A stretch of 64,000 nt of DNA from Somniosus microcephalus (GCA_052327205.1 CM126226.1:25792001-25856000), one strand, 5' to 3'. Shown: positions 1 through 12,654, counted from the first letter of the stretch. Notes: generated by a model from the sequence alone, not told the origin. Made by a program: numbers and translations.

Positions 1-1327
1 CTAATGGGCTTCTCTTGAGTTGTACAAGCATCAGGTCAAGTCTTGTGTCAGGCTGCTTAATATTGCAAGCGATGTCCGAGATTGTATTAGCTAACTGAAA
101 TAAGAGCAGCTCAGCTTGCTGCCAGTGCTTTTTGCAGTCAACTAATGGAAGGCGCACTGTATAAAAAGATACTTGTTCAGTTCTCCCTCCTTTGCTTTCT
201 GAAAATCTGCATTATTAAGATGCTGCACTGAGCACCCTGATTATGATTTGAGAAGCAGCACGATTAAGAGTGGCAGGTTCAAGTGTCAGTTTTAAAAATT
301 AACCTGCAGCTCCCAGTGGTAATTTACACACTTACAATTCATCTCAGACAAGAGGTTTGCATTTTAGCACCTCGGATCTCAGTTGACAAGACCAGGATTG
401 TCAGGACGGATCATAATTATTTCGAGCACTGTTTATCATTCAGCAGATAAGCTTCAAATAAATATTTTGCTTCTCTGTTCGTTGTTCTTTCTTGTACAAT
501 ATTATTCTTTCTCTTTTTATGTTGTGCTTCTTAAGGACCAAACCATTTCCTAGGTAATTATTCAATTATACTGTTCAAAAGGTTAAAATCTGTGGGTAGA
601 TTTTCAAATGAACGCTCCTGGTGTACAGAGCCTCAATCAACAGGCCAATCGGGCCTGGAGGTCAGAACGCCCAATTCGCAGCCCTCCCGATTTTCTGGAA
701 TTTAAAATTGATAACCAGAAAGTTGGAAAGGCCACGAATCGGGTACGTTTGTCTGATGAGCCCTCCTGTCGTGCGAGGTTCTGTGTTGAGCACGCTGACT
801 CGTGAGATTTACATCCTGTACCCAAGGGTGATAACGTGAAATAATACTTATGTTCTGATTTTGTAATTTATGTTTTAGTTGTGCATTTCCCATTTTCTTC
901 TTGTTGTAAAAATCTAAATGATAAATCTTTACAAGTTGAAGAGATCAGGTAATGTCTGTGTCATGGGTTCCCTGATTTCTGAATGCTAAAGACCAACACA
1001 GTGTCACCTTTCATCACTTGATTGTTTGGCTGTAATAGATGACTGGTTACTAACTGCTGTGAATCAGCACCAGTGCTCATGCCAGCAGTGCCGAACCTAT
1101 TGTGAGAGCTGGGAGCCGGGTCTTGGAATTAAGATTGCTGGAAAGGAGTTTATGAATTTGCACGTTTTCAAGTTAACAACAACAGGCCTGCCAACATACT
1201 GTAATAGAAATTAAAATGTGCTCACTCTGCATTTATATACACATAAACACAGCTGTGTGGTTTGTCGAAAGCCTGCTCGTGAAACTTTCTGTGTGCCAGC
1301 GCAGTGCAGCAACCACGCATTGGAATT

Positions 1328-4300
1328 AGAACATAAGAACATAAGAAGTAGGAACAGGAGTAGGTCATACGGCCCCTCGGGCCTGCTCCGCCATTAAATA
1401 GGATCATGGCTGATCCAAATCTAGACTCACGTCCACTTCCCTGCCCTCTCCCCGTAACCCCTAATTCCCTTATCTGCTAGGAAACTGTCTATCTCCATTT
1501 TAAATTTATTTAATGTTGCAGCTTCTGCAGCGCTCTCGGGTAGCAAATTCCATAGATTTACTACCCTCTGAGTGAAGAAGTTTCTCCTCATCTCAGTTTT
1601 GCAAGGGCAGCCCCTTATTCTTAGATTATGCCCCCTGGTTCTAGTCTCACCCATCAGTGGAAACATCCTCACCGCATCCACCCGATCAAGCCCCCTCACA
1701 ATCTTATGTTTCGATAAGATCGCCTCTGTCTTCTGAACTCCAATGAGTAGAGTCCCAACCTACTCAACCTTTCCTCATACGTCAACCCCCTCATCTCCAG
1801 AATCAACCGAGTGAACCTTCTCTGAACCGCCTCGAGAGCAAGTATACATACCTTTTCTTAAATATGGAAACCAAAACTGCACGCAGTATTCCAGGTGTGG
1901 CCTCACCAATACCCTGTATAACTGCAGCAAGACTTCCCTGTTTTTATACTCCATCCCCCTCGCAATAAAAACCAAGATTCCATTGGCCTTCCTGATCATC
2001 TGCTGCACCTGCATACTAACTTTTTGTGTTTCATGCACCAGGACCCCCAGATCCCTTTGTACTGTAGCACTTTGCAGTTTCTCTCCATTTAGATAATAAC
2101 TTGCTCTTTGATTTTTTCTGCCAAATTGCATAACCTCACACTTTCCAACATTATATTGCATCTGCCAAATCTCTGCCCACTCACTTAGCCTGTCTATGTC
2201 CTTTTGCAGGTTTTTTATGTCCTCCTCACTCACTGCTTTCCCGCCCATCTTTGTATCGTCGGCAAACTTGGATATGTTGCACTCGGTCCCTTCCTCCAAA
2301 TCATTAATATAGATTGTGAAGAGTTGGGGACCCAGCACTGACCCCTGCGGAACACCACTAGTTACTGATTGCCAGCCCGAGAATGAACCATTTATCCCAA
2401 CTCTTTGTTTTCTGTTAGATAGCCAATCTTCCACCCGTGCCAGTATATTACCCCCAATCCTGTGATTTCTTATCTTGATCAGTAATCTTTTGTGTGGAAC
2501 CTTGTCAAATGCCTTTTGGAAGTCCAAATACACCACATCCACTGGTTCTCCTTTATCCACCCTGTATGTTACATCCTCAAAGAATTCGAGCAAATTTGTC
2601 AAACATGACTTCCCCTTCATAAAACCATGCTGACTCTGTCCTATTAAATTATGTTTATCCAAATGCTCTGTTACAGTTTCCTTAATAATGGACTCCAACA
2701 TTTTGCCAACCACAGATGTTAGGCTAACTGGTCTATAGTTTCCAGCTTTTTGTCTACTTCCCTTCTTAAATAAGAGTGTTACATTAGCAGTTTTCCAATC
2801 TGCCGGGACCTTTCCTGAGTCCAGGGAGTTCTGGAAAATAATCACCAATGCATCCGCAAACCCTACCGCCACTTCTCTCAAGACCCTAGGATGTAGGCCA
2901 TCAGGTCCGGGGGATTTATCCGCCTTAAGTCCCATTATTTTACTGAGTACCATCTCCTTAGTGATTTTAATTGTGTTTAGCTCCTCCCCCCCACCCCCCA
3001 TTGCCCCCTGTTTGTCCAGTGTTGGGATATTTTTAGTGTCCTCTACTGTAAAGACTGATACAAAATATTTGTTCAGCGTCTTTGCCATCTCCATGTTACC
3101 CACCACTAGTTTCCCGGTCCCATCCTCTAAGGGACCAACGTTCACTTTAGCCACCCTTTTTCTTTTTATATAGCTGTAGAAACTCTTGCTATCTGTTTTT
3201 ATATTTTTTGCTAGTTTACTTTCATAATCTATCTTCCCTTTCTTAATTAATCTTTTAGTTATTGCTTGCTGGCTTTTAAATGCTTCCCAATCTTCTATCC
3301 TCCCACTAGATTTGGCTACTTTATATGCCCTTGTTTTCAGTCGGATACTATCCTTTATTACTTTACTAAGCCACAGATGGCTGTCTTTTCTTTTACTCCC
3401 CTTTTTCCTCAGTGGAATATATTTATCTTGAAAGATGTGAAATATCTCCTTGAATGTAGACCACTGCTCTTGTACCGTCTTACACTTTAATCTGTTTTCC
3501 CAGTCAACTTTAGTCAATTCTACTCTCATACCTTCATAGTCTCCTTTATTTAAGCTCAGTACGCTGGTTTGAGATCCAACTCTCTCACCCTCCAACTGAA
3601 TTTGGAATTCAACCATATTATGGTCACTCATTCCAAGGGGATCCTTTACTAGGACATTTTTTATTAATCCTGTCTCATTACACAGGACCAGAACTAAGAT
3701 TGCCTGCCCCCTGGTTGGTTCAGTTACATACTGCTCAAGGAACCCATCCCTAATACACTCTATGAACTCTTCCTCAAGGCTGCCATGCCCAATTTGATTA
3801 GTCCAGCCAATATGAAAGTTAAAATCCCCCATGATTATAGCTGTTCACTTACTACAAGCCCCAACTATTTCCTGATTTATACTCCGACCAACAAAGTTGC
3901 AACTGTTAGGAGGCCTATAGACTATGCCCACTAGTGACTTTTTCCCCTTATTATTCCTTATCTCCACCCAAACTATTTCACTATCCTGATCCTTTGACCC
4001 AATATCATTTCTGACTATTGCAGTGATTCCATCCTTGATTAACATAGCAACCCCACCTCCCTTTCCTTCCTGTCTGTCCTTCCTAATTGTCAAATACCCT
4101 TGTATGTTTAGTTCCCAGTCATGATTATCTTGCAGCCATGTTTCCGTAATGGCCACCAGATCATACCCATGTGTAGTTATTTGTACCGTCAACTCGTCAA
4201 TTTTGTTACGAATGCTGCGTGCATTCAGATAAAGAACTTTCAAATATGTTTTCTGACAATTTATTCCTGCTTTTACCCCTTTTACTACTTTACCTTTATC

Positions 4301-4713
4301 ATTATCCATTCTGTCCCTTCCTGACATGCTCTGGTTTTTAATTCACCCACTGCTACCTTGCTCTATTGCCTTCTCCGCTGTCATTTTTATTTTTCGCTCT
4401 CTTAAAACCTCCCCCCCACTAATTAGTTTAAAGCCCTCTCTACAGCCCTAGTTATTCGATTCGCCAGGACTCTAGTCCCAGCACTGGCCAAGTGAAGTCT
4501 GTCCCAACGGAACAGCTCTCTCCTGTCCCAGTACTGATGCCAGTATCCCAGGAAGCAAAACCCATTTCTCCCACACCAGTCTTTGAGCCACGCATTTAAC
4601 TCTCTAATTTTATTTACCCTAGCCAAATTTGCACGTGGCTCAGGTAGTAATCCAGAGATTATTACCCTTGTGGTTCTGCTTTTTAATTTGGCCCCTAGCT
4701 GCTCAAACTCTTT
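1328..4713 (-). mobile_element. CR1 LINE, 5'-truncated within ORF1, near-intact but disabled
   Basis: Carries an ORF1 SGNH-esterase-like C-terminus (4423-~4713) and an ORF2 with APE endonuclease (YLNARS, AITETW, GDFN) and RT (YRPVSLTS, DFQKAFD, VPQGSVLGP, FADD). The 3' tail is short 8-nt repeats (agaacata on +). Confidence 0.95.
1427..4327 (-). pseudogene. CR1 ORF2 (endonuclease + reverse transcriptase), disrupted
   Basis: ORFs 3845-4327 and 1775-3832 are in the same frame, separated by an in-frame TGA (3845-3847). Frameshifts near 1845 and 1705 split off the C-terminus (1427-1699). Confidence 0.9.
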
Positions 4714-5785
4714 CACTGATCTACCGAACCAGACATTCCGTATCACCAGGACATTGCTGAGTACGTTAATCTGGATCCAGGGGACCAGTGCTTAATCGTA
4801 TCATTAAACATTTTCAAGTTGATTTGTGTGTTACTAATTTCATTTTATTTCCGTACTAACACTCCTCCATTCAGCCGTTTATAAATATGCCTTAATTCTG
4901 GCATCATTTTGGATGTTGACAGGCCTGAATCTTTGCATTGATTCTTAGATCTTCTCTACCTCCCACACTAGTTCCTTGACTTGCCTGTGACAAACTCACT
5001 GATCCTAATATTTTTTTGAAATAATATATTTCTGCTTATCTTTTATTTGCTGCACCCAAGTGGTACTAAACCAAAGTAATTAATGTTGGGAGCTGATACT
5101 GATAAATGAATAAAAGGGATGCCAGCTGCAGCTTGGGACCCAGTCTGTATTACATCGTGCAAAATATTGTTGACCACCAGATTTTGAACAAGCCATTCAG
5201 AATTTTGTTTGGTAACTAAGCAGTTTGTAAAATTGTGAAACCTAGGTAAAGGACTAAAGCTCAACGTGTAAAGTACTGTCTAAGTTGAAAAGAATAGGAG
5301 AAAATGAGAGACGAATCAGGACGCAGTGGTTAGTTGACACCAACCTTGGGTTTTAAAAGCCTTTAGGTCAGAGGAGGAAGGGAAGATGGAGGGAGTTCCA
5401 CAGCACTGAGCTTGTGGAAATATGAGTTAGAGTAGAAGATTGTACGATGCATCTCGAGTTCTACAGAGTGAGGGGAAGAATGTGTAGGCCAGTGTATTTG
5501 TAGTTTGGAAGGAATAAATGAGCAAACTTGGGAAGACACTAGCCACTCTTTGAAAAGCTAAACTCAGAATAAGCTAAGGAATTGATGTTGGGATATCTGG
5601 AGTGCAAATTTCCCACAATTGCTATACATGTTGCTCATTGATTGTTAACTGGATGGAATATTTGACGCAGGCCAATCTTTCACATCTGAGATGGATCATT
5701 CTTCTAGAATGAGGTGCTTTTAGAAGGTTCACCAAGCACCTTTGAAAATTTAACAAAATGCAAATTGCTTCCCAGAATACACAAG

Positions 5786-6420
5786 GGCCTAGAAATTCGG
5801 TGGCGCCCCACCAAGCTCACCTGGGCACCGGAATTACCGCTACGATCGGAGCCGTTGCGCCCGCCGGAAATTCTGCTTGGGCGCCCCAAGAGGGACGCGG
5901 GGCGCTGCTCGAGGCGCCCCGCGTCCCTCTTGGGGCGCTGAAACTGAATATCACGGCGCACTGCGGTACTGCAGGCCTTCCTCCCCTTAAGGGGGAGGGG
6001 CCTGCACCAGCGCAATGACCGATCGCGAGTGCCGGCAAAAGAACCCGGCACCGAGAAGTGCCGGGCTCTCGGGACACAGCCGGCACTGCCCGGGGGGGGG
6101 ATCAGGATGCCGGGGACGGAGGTACTGGCAGGCAGCCACCGAAAGAAATGGCCGCCCCGCACCTCCACCTTAATTTGCGCCACTACCGCCACAGGTAGGC
6201 CCCGTGAACCAGGCGCGATTTGCGACCAAATATCGCGATCGGAGCGGTAGCGGGGCGCTGCGCACGCCGATGATGTCATCGGTGGCGGTGCAGCGCTACA
6301 GGCTAACGCCGCCATTAGCGCCCCGCTAAATATCGCGGGAGGCGTGGCCAGTGGCGCTAAAGCCACTGAGTGCCCTCTTTAGGCGCTAACTGGTGGCGCA
6401 GCCCACCGAATTTCTAGGTC
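5786..6420. mobile_element. GC/CpG-rich MITE, PIF/Harbinger-like
   Basis: TIRs ggcctagaaattcggtgg / ccaccgaatttctaggtc (17/18 match); 3-bp flanking duplication AAG; long internal palindromes. Confidence 0.8.
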
Positions 6421-6944
6421 AAGGTTCCTACATTATGACAGCCTATTTCTCCATCTTGCTGTTCTACCTCCTGGAGACAAGTACTTTCTGTGATGGACTA
6501 ACCATATAACCTTTGTGATGACTCTACATCATTATTTATGCAGGTTACGGGTCTGTTTGAGGTAAATGGCCATAACTCAATCTATACCTGAAAGGTGAAC
6601 AACAACTTGGCCAAATGTTTCTGTCTGTCCTATTTTTATGAAGGAAGTTTCACTGTTAGAATTTTGAAACAATGTCAAATTATAGCTAAGAAATTCCACT
6701 GAACAATGTTAGCTTAGCGGGTTTAGAATATTAACCCGTTAATTTTAAATAGATTATTGTCTTTCTTAAAGTACTGTAGAAAAGAATTTCCTACAAGTAT
6801 GTTTATCATTTGTAAGATATCACTCAGCATAATTTTCAGGTTTATGTTTTAAATAGAATCTCCAAAAAGGCAAATCTAGTCTACAGCTGGAAATTCTCGA
6901 TCAGCCGTAGGTTTCCATTCTAACTCATTTGCCTTCTCTTGCAG

Positions 6945-7050
6945 CAGAAGGGAAGATACCAAAGCGACGGCAGCCATTCGTGCCATACGCCCTCAGGAAC
7001 CACACTGGCTGCACCATGTGGTTTGCCACACTCACCACTACTCCAACTAG
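6945..7050 (+). CDS. VPS13D: VPS13D exon 1 of 25 in window
   Basis: ttgcag|CA GAA GGG..CCA ACT AG|gtggga; (A)EGKIPKRRQPFVPYALRNHTGCTMWFATLTTTPT(R); 106 nt, phase 1->2. Confidence 0.93.
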
Positions 7051-7949
7051 GTGGGAACTCCTTTTCCCGTATTGGTTAAGGTTTAGCTGCTCCGTGATGT
7101 ATGTTTGATCTGGCTTTGAGCGTAACCGTAAGGTTGTGGTTTTGCTTTTCTTGCCATTACATGGTACAAATCCAGAATCCGTATTCATCATTGGGTTAAA
7201 CAAAGAAGTATCTACATATCCCTGTATAGAAATGTGTAGGCTGTTGAGTTGGTGGAAGAAAGAAAAATGCTACTTTTTAAATATAGAACAGGGGGCTCTG
7301 GTTCAGACTTTCAGGTGTTCTCAGGCCAATTGCATCAATTCTCAAATGCATCAGTTCCCAAGCGCCATTTAGCTCCTATTTCAAAACGAAGTGCTTTACC
7401 TGGAGCATCAGCGCAGTGGTAGTAATTAGCTTTGGTGGCAATTTTGTTTAATGTTCAGCAGAGATTTGCTGCTATTGGCAAAACTATGAACAGCAAGCTC
7501 TAAGGGTGCAAAATGCGCTGGTCAACACAGTCGATCTACTATTCACCATTGACTCCTGTCAACTGTAATTTTCTCTTCCCCTTTTCCCCCTTCACCTCAT
7601 GTTTCACCATCGGTGACACAACCTTCAAACATTATCACCCTGTACTCTGGAACTCTCTTCCCAAATACACACCCCTTCCTTGCCTTGTTACGTCTCATCC
7701 CACCTTTAAAAGCTTTCTCAAAGTGCCACTTTGTGCCTTGCTTATTTCCCATTCCTTTCCGGTGTTCATTGTTCTCTTCCCCTCACCCCCCACCCGGCCC
7801 AGATGTTTCAGGGTGCATTACGCATCTGCTAAGTAAATGAGAGTTGTTGATGTACCTGCAGTCCTAGTGAACACATAGGAATTGCTAGACAAAAAAGACC
7901 ACGGTCCATCTAATTTGCCTTCTACCATCCTGGTAGTCACATTGTGCCC

Positions 7950-8215
7950 TTAATGTAGTAAAACGTACCAAGGCGCTTCACAGGCACGTTATCAAAAACA
8001 AAATTTGACACCGAGCCATATAAGGAGGTGTTGGGGCAGATGACCAAAAGCTTGGACAACGAGGTAGGTGTTAAAGAGCATCTTAAAGGAGGAAAGAGAG
8101 GCGGAGAGGTTTAAGGAGGGAATTCCAGAGCTTAGGACCTAGGCAGCTGAAGACACGGCCACCAATACTGGAGCGATTTTTAAAATCAGGGATGTTCAAG
8201 AGGCCAGAGTTGGCG
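7950..8215 (-). mobile_element. L2-type LINE 3' fragment
   Basis: Closely similar to 31937-32180 (gtagtaaaacgt.ccaaggcgct..aaaatttgacacc..gaccaaaagcttgg..ggaattccagagcttag). Confidence 0.7.
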
Positions 8216-8960
8216 GTTTTATTTATATTTATTTATAGTCAATAATAATGGAGTTATTAACTAATCATAGCAATTAATCTCTAGCAATTAGTCTTCAACA
8301 GAACCAGACATGACGTGAGGAAAACCGCAGTGGTGGAGAGCTTTGAGAACCATAGGCCCAAGGTCACCTGTTCCTCCCAAGCATGTTATACTTTCCACAT
8401 GTCATGTCTCAAATTACTGATGTACTGTATCCCAAAATGTTATTTTGTGAAAGAAATCTATCTAATTTGCATTTGAATCAATCAATGCCAACGGCTTCCA
8501 CCGTCTCCCTCGGGAGTCTCTTCCATTGGTTGACCACTCGCTCACTGGGGGGCTGTAACAGAAATGGCTGATGCCACATTAAGTGCTAAGTTTGATGGAG
8601 AGACTGCAGATACATACCCCCAAGCCACATTCACTTAATCTTTCAGCAAGCAGTTGGCTCGATTGATGTCCTGATCCCCTGCTGCAGCTGATCCTCCCCC
8701 CCAAATTAGGTTTCTTTCAGTTTTTCAGGGTTCCAAATTTAAAGTTCTCAGAGATTTGGAAATACATTATCTTTTGATTGAACTGATGGACCATGCAGGG
8801 TGGGTGTGAGCGAGAGTGATATTGTAGGAATTGATGTATTCCTAACTAATAACTGAGGTCAACTCAGGAGAACAATCAAACAGGTCTTTAATGTAGGATT
8901 TGACGAATTCCAGAAACTAGCAGAGATTGACACAGGAGAGCCATTGTACAGGTCTTTACC

Positions 8961-9575
8961 GAACATAGAAACATAGAAGATAGGAGCAGGAGTAGGCCAT
9001 TCGGCCCTTCGAGCCTGCTCTGCCATTCAATGAGATCATGGCTGATCATCCAAATTCAGTACCCTGTCCCTGCTTTCTCCCCATACCCCTTGATCCCTTT
9101 AGCCTCAAGAAATATATCCAACTCTTTTTTGAATATATTTAATGAACTGGCCTCCACCGCCCTCTGGCAGAGAATTCCACAGGTTCACCACGCTCTGGGT
9201 GAAGAAATTCCTCCTCATTTCAGTCCTAAATGGCTTACCCCTTATCCTTAGACTATGACCCCTGGCTCTGGACTCCCCGGCCATCATAAACATCCTTCCT
9301 GCATCTAGTCTGTCCAGGCCTGACAGAATTTTATAGGTTTCGATGAGATCCCCTCTCAATCTTCTAAACTCCAGTGAGTATAAGCCCAATCGACACAATT
9401 TCTCCTCGTAAGTCATTCCTGCCATCCCAGGTATCAGCCTGGTGAATCTTCACTGCACTCCTTCCATGGCAAGAACATCCTTCCTCAGGTAAGGCGACCA
9501 AAACTGCACACAATACTCAAGGTGCGGTCTCACCAAGGCCCTGTACAACTGTAGCAAGATATCCTTGTTCCTGAA
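8961..9575 (-). mobile_element. CR1 LINE 3' fragment
   Basis: ORF2 C-terminus (LGLYSLEFRRLRGDLIETYKIL..RGHSLRI..RRNFFTQ) and (aacataga)n tail. Confidence 0.92.
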
Positions 9576-9611
9576 CGGGGATGCCACGAGGACTGCCTGT
9601 GCAGCCCCATG

Positions 9612-9721
9612 GATTGCGACGTGATGTCATCACGTGGCGTGACGTCATCGCGTTTGCCCGCGTTTTCCTGCGCTTGGGTAGTCACGTGATTTGCGACGTG
9701 ACGTCATCGCGTTTGCCCGCG
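9612..9721. promoter_or_regulatory. CpG-rich CRE/E-box motif cluster
   Basis: TGACGTCA at 9640 and 9699; CACGTG at 9631 and 9683; perfect 25-bp direct repeat. Function not shown. Confidence 0.4.
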
Positions 9722-9921
9722 GTCTTCAAGGGGCCACACCCCGTAGATGCAAACTCTATATGCAAAACCCCAGTAATGCCCAACACAATGGTACAGGTTT
9801 AGGCCGGTGTTAGAACATCGTTAAAGAGAATTATATACAGTTAGTTAGATTAACTCAGTGGTACCGCCACAATATAATGCACTGACAGTGATTTATGTGT
9901 TGCTTTTGCTTTCCATTGTAG

Positions 9922-10074
9922 GGTGGCACTTTCTCACAGCGAGAGCCCTGGGTATGTACACGAAGGATCTGTGGCAGAACTTGATGACATGCACAATGTC
10001 AGCCAATGGTGCGAGGTACTTCCAGGAGAAGAAGTGCCTTTCGAGTTTGAAGCCAGGGAAAAACTAAGACACAG
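9922..10074 (+). CDS. VPS13D: VPS13D exon 2 of 25
   Basis: tgtag|G GTG GCA..AGA CAC AG|gtgagt; VALSHSESPGYVHEGSVAELDDMHNVSQWCEVLPGEEVPFEFEAREKLRH(R); 153 nt. Confidence 0.94.
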
Positions 10075-10243
10075 GTGAGTGAAATAAGCTAGCATAGTAC
10101 TCACTCTACAGTCTTTATATCTCAGTAATAATCAGTGACCATATTTATGCAATATCATGGTGGCATTTTTATGTAAAATCTTTGTGTGGTCATAACTGTG
10201 TGTAAGACACAGTAGTAATAGGTTCTTGCATTTGTACTAACAG

Positions 10244-10379
10244 ACACACTCATGAGTTGAAGATTCACCAGCTTTTGGTGCGGGTGAATGGGTGGGAACA
10301 AGTGAGCCCAGTGTCTGTGGACAAAGTCGGCATCTTCTTCCGTTGTGCAGCACCTGACCGAAATAACCAGTCCTCCATG
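10244..10379 (+). CDS. VPS13D: VPS13D exon 3 of 25
   Basis: aacag|A CAC ACT..TCC ATG|gtgtgt; HTHELKIHQLLVRVNGWEQVSPVSVDKVGIFFRCAAPDRNNQSSM; 136 nt. Confidence 0.94.
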
Positions 10380-10699
10380 GTGTGTATGATGTACTGTTAG
10401 CATGTCATTTGTCAAAACCTATATAATTCTGAGAATCTGTATTTTTTAACGACGGCTTGATATTCTGAGACTTTGAAGCAGCAACAGCTTCAGAAAAAAG
10501 TTTTGCAAACAATCATTTGTCTTTTACATGTGTGTGTGACAAGGTAAATAATTGTCATGTGCAAAAATGTCAGACTCCTCTAATGGTGCAGTAGTTAAAT
10601 ATGCAGGCTTGTCTGGTACTGCAACACACTGACAGGAAGGTCGATGCGCTAACGAGGAGGATACGCCAACTAGCTGGAAAGTGTGTATGTGCACATTTA

Positions 10700-11042
10700 C
10701 ATCTACAAGATGCACTGCAGCAACGTGCCGATGCTGCTTCAATAGCACCTCCCAACCCCGTGACCTCTACCACCTAGAAGGACAAGGCAGGAGGCGCATG
10801 GGAACACCACCACCTCCAAGTTCCCCGCCAAGTCACACACCATCCTGACTTGGAAATATATCGCCGTTCCTTCATCGTCGCTGGGTCAAAGTCCTGGAAC
10901 TCCCTCCCGAACAGCACTGTGGGAGTACCTTCACCGCACAGACTGCAGCAGCTCGCCACCGCCTTCTCAAAGGCAATTAGGGATGGGTAATAAATGCTGG
11001 CCTTGCCAGCGACACCCACACCCCAGGAACGAATAAAAAAAA
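10700..11042 (+). mobile_element. 3' fragment of a CR1/L2-supergroup LINE (same family as 18425, 21030 and 38895)
   Basis: catctacaagatgcactgcagcaac..gggaacaccaccacctccaag..aataaatgctgg..A-rich tail; near-identical to 39180-39525. Confidence 0.85.
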
Positions 11043-11141
11043 TTGGGTAAGGGCAGATTTGGATTGAGCTGTGATACTCAATTAGTGTCTCTTTCCCTCC
11101 CCAAAGTGAAATCCCCTCAAGGTATGGACTGAACTAAATCA

Positions 11142-11282
11142 CGGGATAATTTTTAGCCTAACCTGCCCGATGGGTAACTGACGAGATCAGATCGGTCGCC
11201 CATTGACTTCAGTGGAAAGTAAAACGGGCGACTGTTCTGATCCAGTCAGTTTCCCGCCGGGCGAAGTTACCTTCACAATTTT
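11142..11282. mobile_element. Short fold-back MITE-like element
   Basis: Imperfect ~45-bp inverted arms (taacctgcccgatgggtaactgac..gtcgccc / gggcgac..gtcagtttcccgccgggcgaagtta) around cattgacttcagtgg. Confidence 0.6.
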
Positions 11283-11443
11283 GGTCGCGGATGTTAAATG
11301 TGTGCTACAATTTGCATAAAATGTTTTATGTATGCTGTTAATTATTTCAGCCATTGATGTAAAACCAGTCATCAGCTTTAACACTCGACAGTTTAATTTC
11401 GCAGTTGCTTGTGTAACGCAAATCTACCTTCTCTCTCTGGCAG

Positions 11444-11491
11444 GTTGGGAGTCCCATCAGCAAGACCAATATAATACATCCACATGTCTAT
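11444..11491 (+). CDS. VPS13D: VPS13D exon 4 of 25 (48-nt small symmetric exon)
   Basis: ctctggcag|GTT GGG AGT..GTC TAT|gtaagc; VGSPISKTNIIHPHVY; phase 0-0; not represented in the ORF track. Confidence 0.92.
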
Positions 11492-11789
11492 GTAAGCATT
11501 CTTTCCCTGGCTGTACATCCATCATCAGATTATAATCTACTCTTAATTTGAAGTTACTTATTTCAAATGATTTAATGATTCGATTTTTAGCACTAAATTC
11601 TCACTTTGTGTTATTTATATTGCTTGTTTCAAATTATTGGATAATTGAATTTATTTAGCACAACTACAACTTTCAATTATCAACGGTAGACTGTATATGA
11701 TTTTTGTAATCTAGTGTATCATTTACATTTGACAGAGTTGCATTTAATTCTGATTCTCATTTATCTGATTGAATTGTCTCCCAGTTTTG

Positions 11790-12185
11790 CCCTGGTTCAG
11801 TTTGGTAGTACTGTTCCTTGAGTCAGAAGTTTGTGTGTTTAAGCCCCAGGATTTGAGCACTTCATCTAGACTGAGATTTGAGTACATTACTGAGGGATTG
11901 TTGGAGATGCCATCTTTTCTAATTAGCTTCTATCTATTTGTTCTGTGGACGTACAAGTTCCTATGGCACTAATCAAAGAAAAGCAGGGAGTTTTCCCAAT
12001 GTCCTGGCCAATATTCCTTCCTCAAACATCACCAAAAACAGATTTACTGGACACTTACCACATTTGCCATTTTACTAGTCTGCTGTGTTCAAATTAGCTG
12101 CTTTATTTGTCTACGTTGAGAACAATGAAGCCCTTTGGTGTTACCCAGCTGATATGATTAGGAACTGTAGAAATGCAAGTTCTTC
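11790..12185 (+). mobile_element. Decayed Deu-domain tRNA-derived SINE
   Basis: Homologous to 29035-29465 (ggcact..aagaa.agcagggag..gtcctggccaa..aaacagatt). Confidence 0.65.
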
Positions 12186-12503
12186 CTTCGTGTGCATCAG
12201 GTCAGGTCATGAGTCTAACATTATCAAATGTGACCATCTCAATACATAGCTTTGGAGATATTCATAGAGGGTAGAAATTATCAGTGCAGGTTGTGTATGA
12301 ATATTTCAACACATCGTACCAAATGCCCGTTATGCTATTTTAACGGCGGTGTAGTGGGCTAATGCCTAGTGTTCATACAGGAAGCACATCAAACAGAAAT
12401 TCTCTGCCCTATATATAAGTTGTTGTAAATACTGTATTATTAGACGGATTGTTAAGTGCTCCTTTATGAATAAAGTGTTACATTGTGCCCCCTTCCCCTG
12501 CAG

Positions 12504-12654
12504 TTCTCGGCACTGCCCCCTGTAAGGGTTGTGTTTTCTGTGACTCTGGAGGGGAGTGCAAGAAAAGTGATAACTGTCCGCTCAGCGCTGATTGTGAAAA
12601 ACAAATTGGAGGTACCTATGGAACTGAGACTGGACAGCCCATCTGCTCCGGACA
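12504..12654 (+). CDS. VPS13D: VPS13D exon 5 of 25
   Basis: ctgcag|TTC..GAC A|gtaagt; FSALPPVRVVFSVTLEGSARKVITVRSALIVKNKLEVPMELRLDSPSAPD; 151 nt. Confidence 0.95.

Noticed and set aside
753-790. CTGATGAG followed by a cctc/gagg stem, hammerhead-like
   Set aside because: No GAAA box or NUH in the required positions.
1039-1100. ag|AT GAC TGG.. (DDWLLTAV) as a possible upstream VPS13D exon
   Set aside because: Only a DW match, a weak pyrimidine tract and no convincing donor. I found no supportable exon in 1-6944.
1427-4327. CR1 ORF2 or Penelope ORF as active or domesticated genes
   Set aside because: Both carry in-frame stops and frameshifts and are 5'-truncated.
5704-6366. 220-aa ORF and overlapping ORFs (also 55586-56195 and 15497-15877)
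   Set aside because: They lie in GC-rich palindromic MITEs where stops are rare, and show no protein motifs or splice structure.
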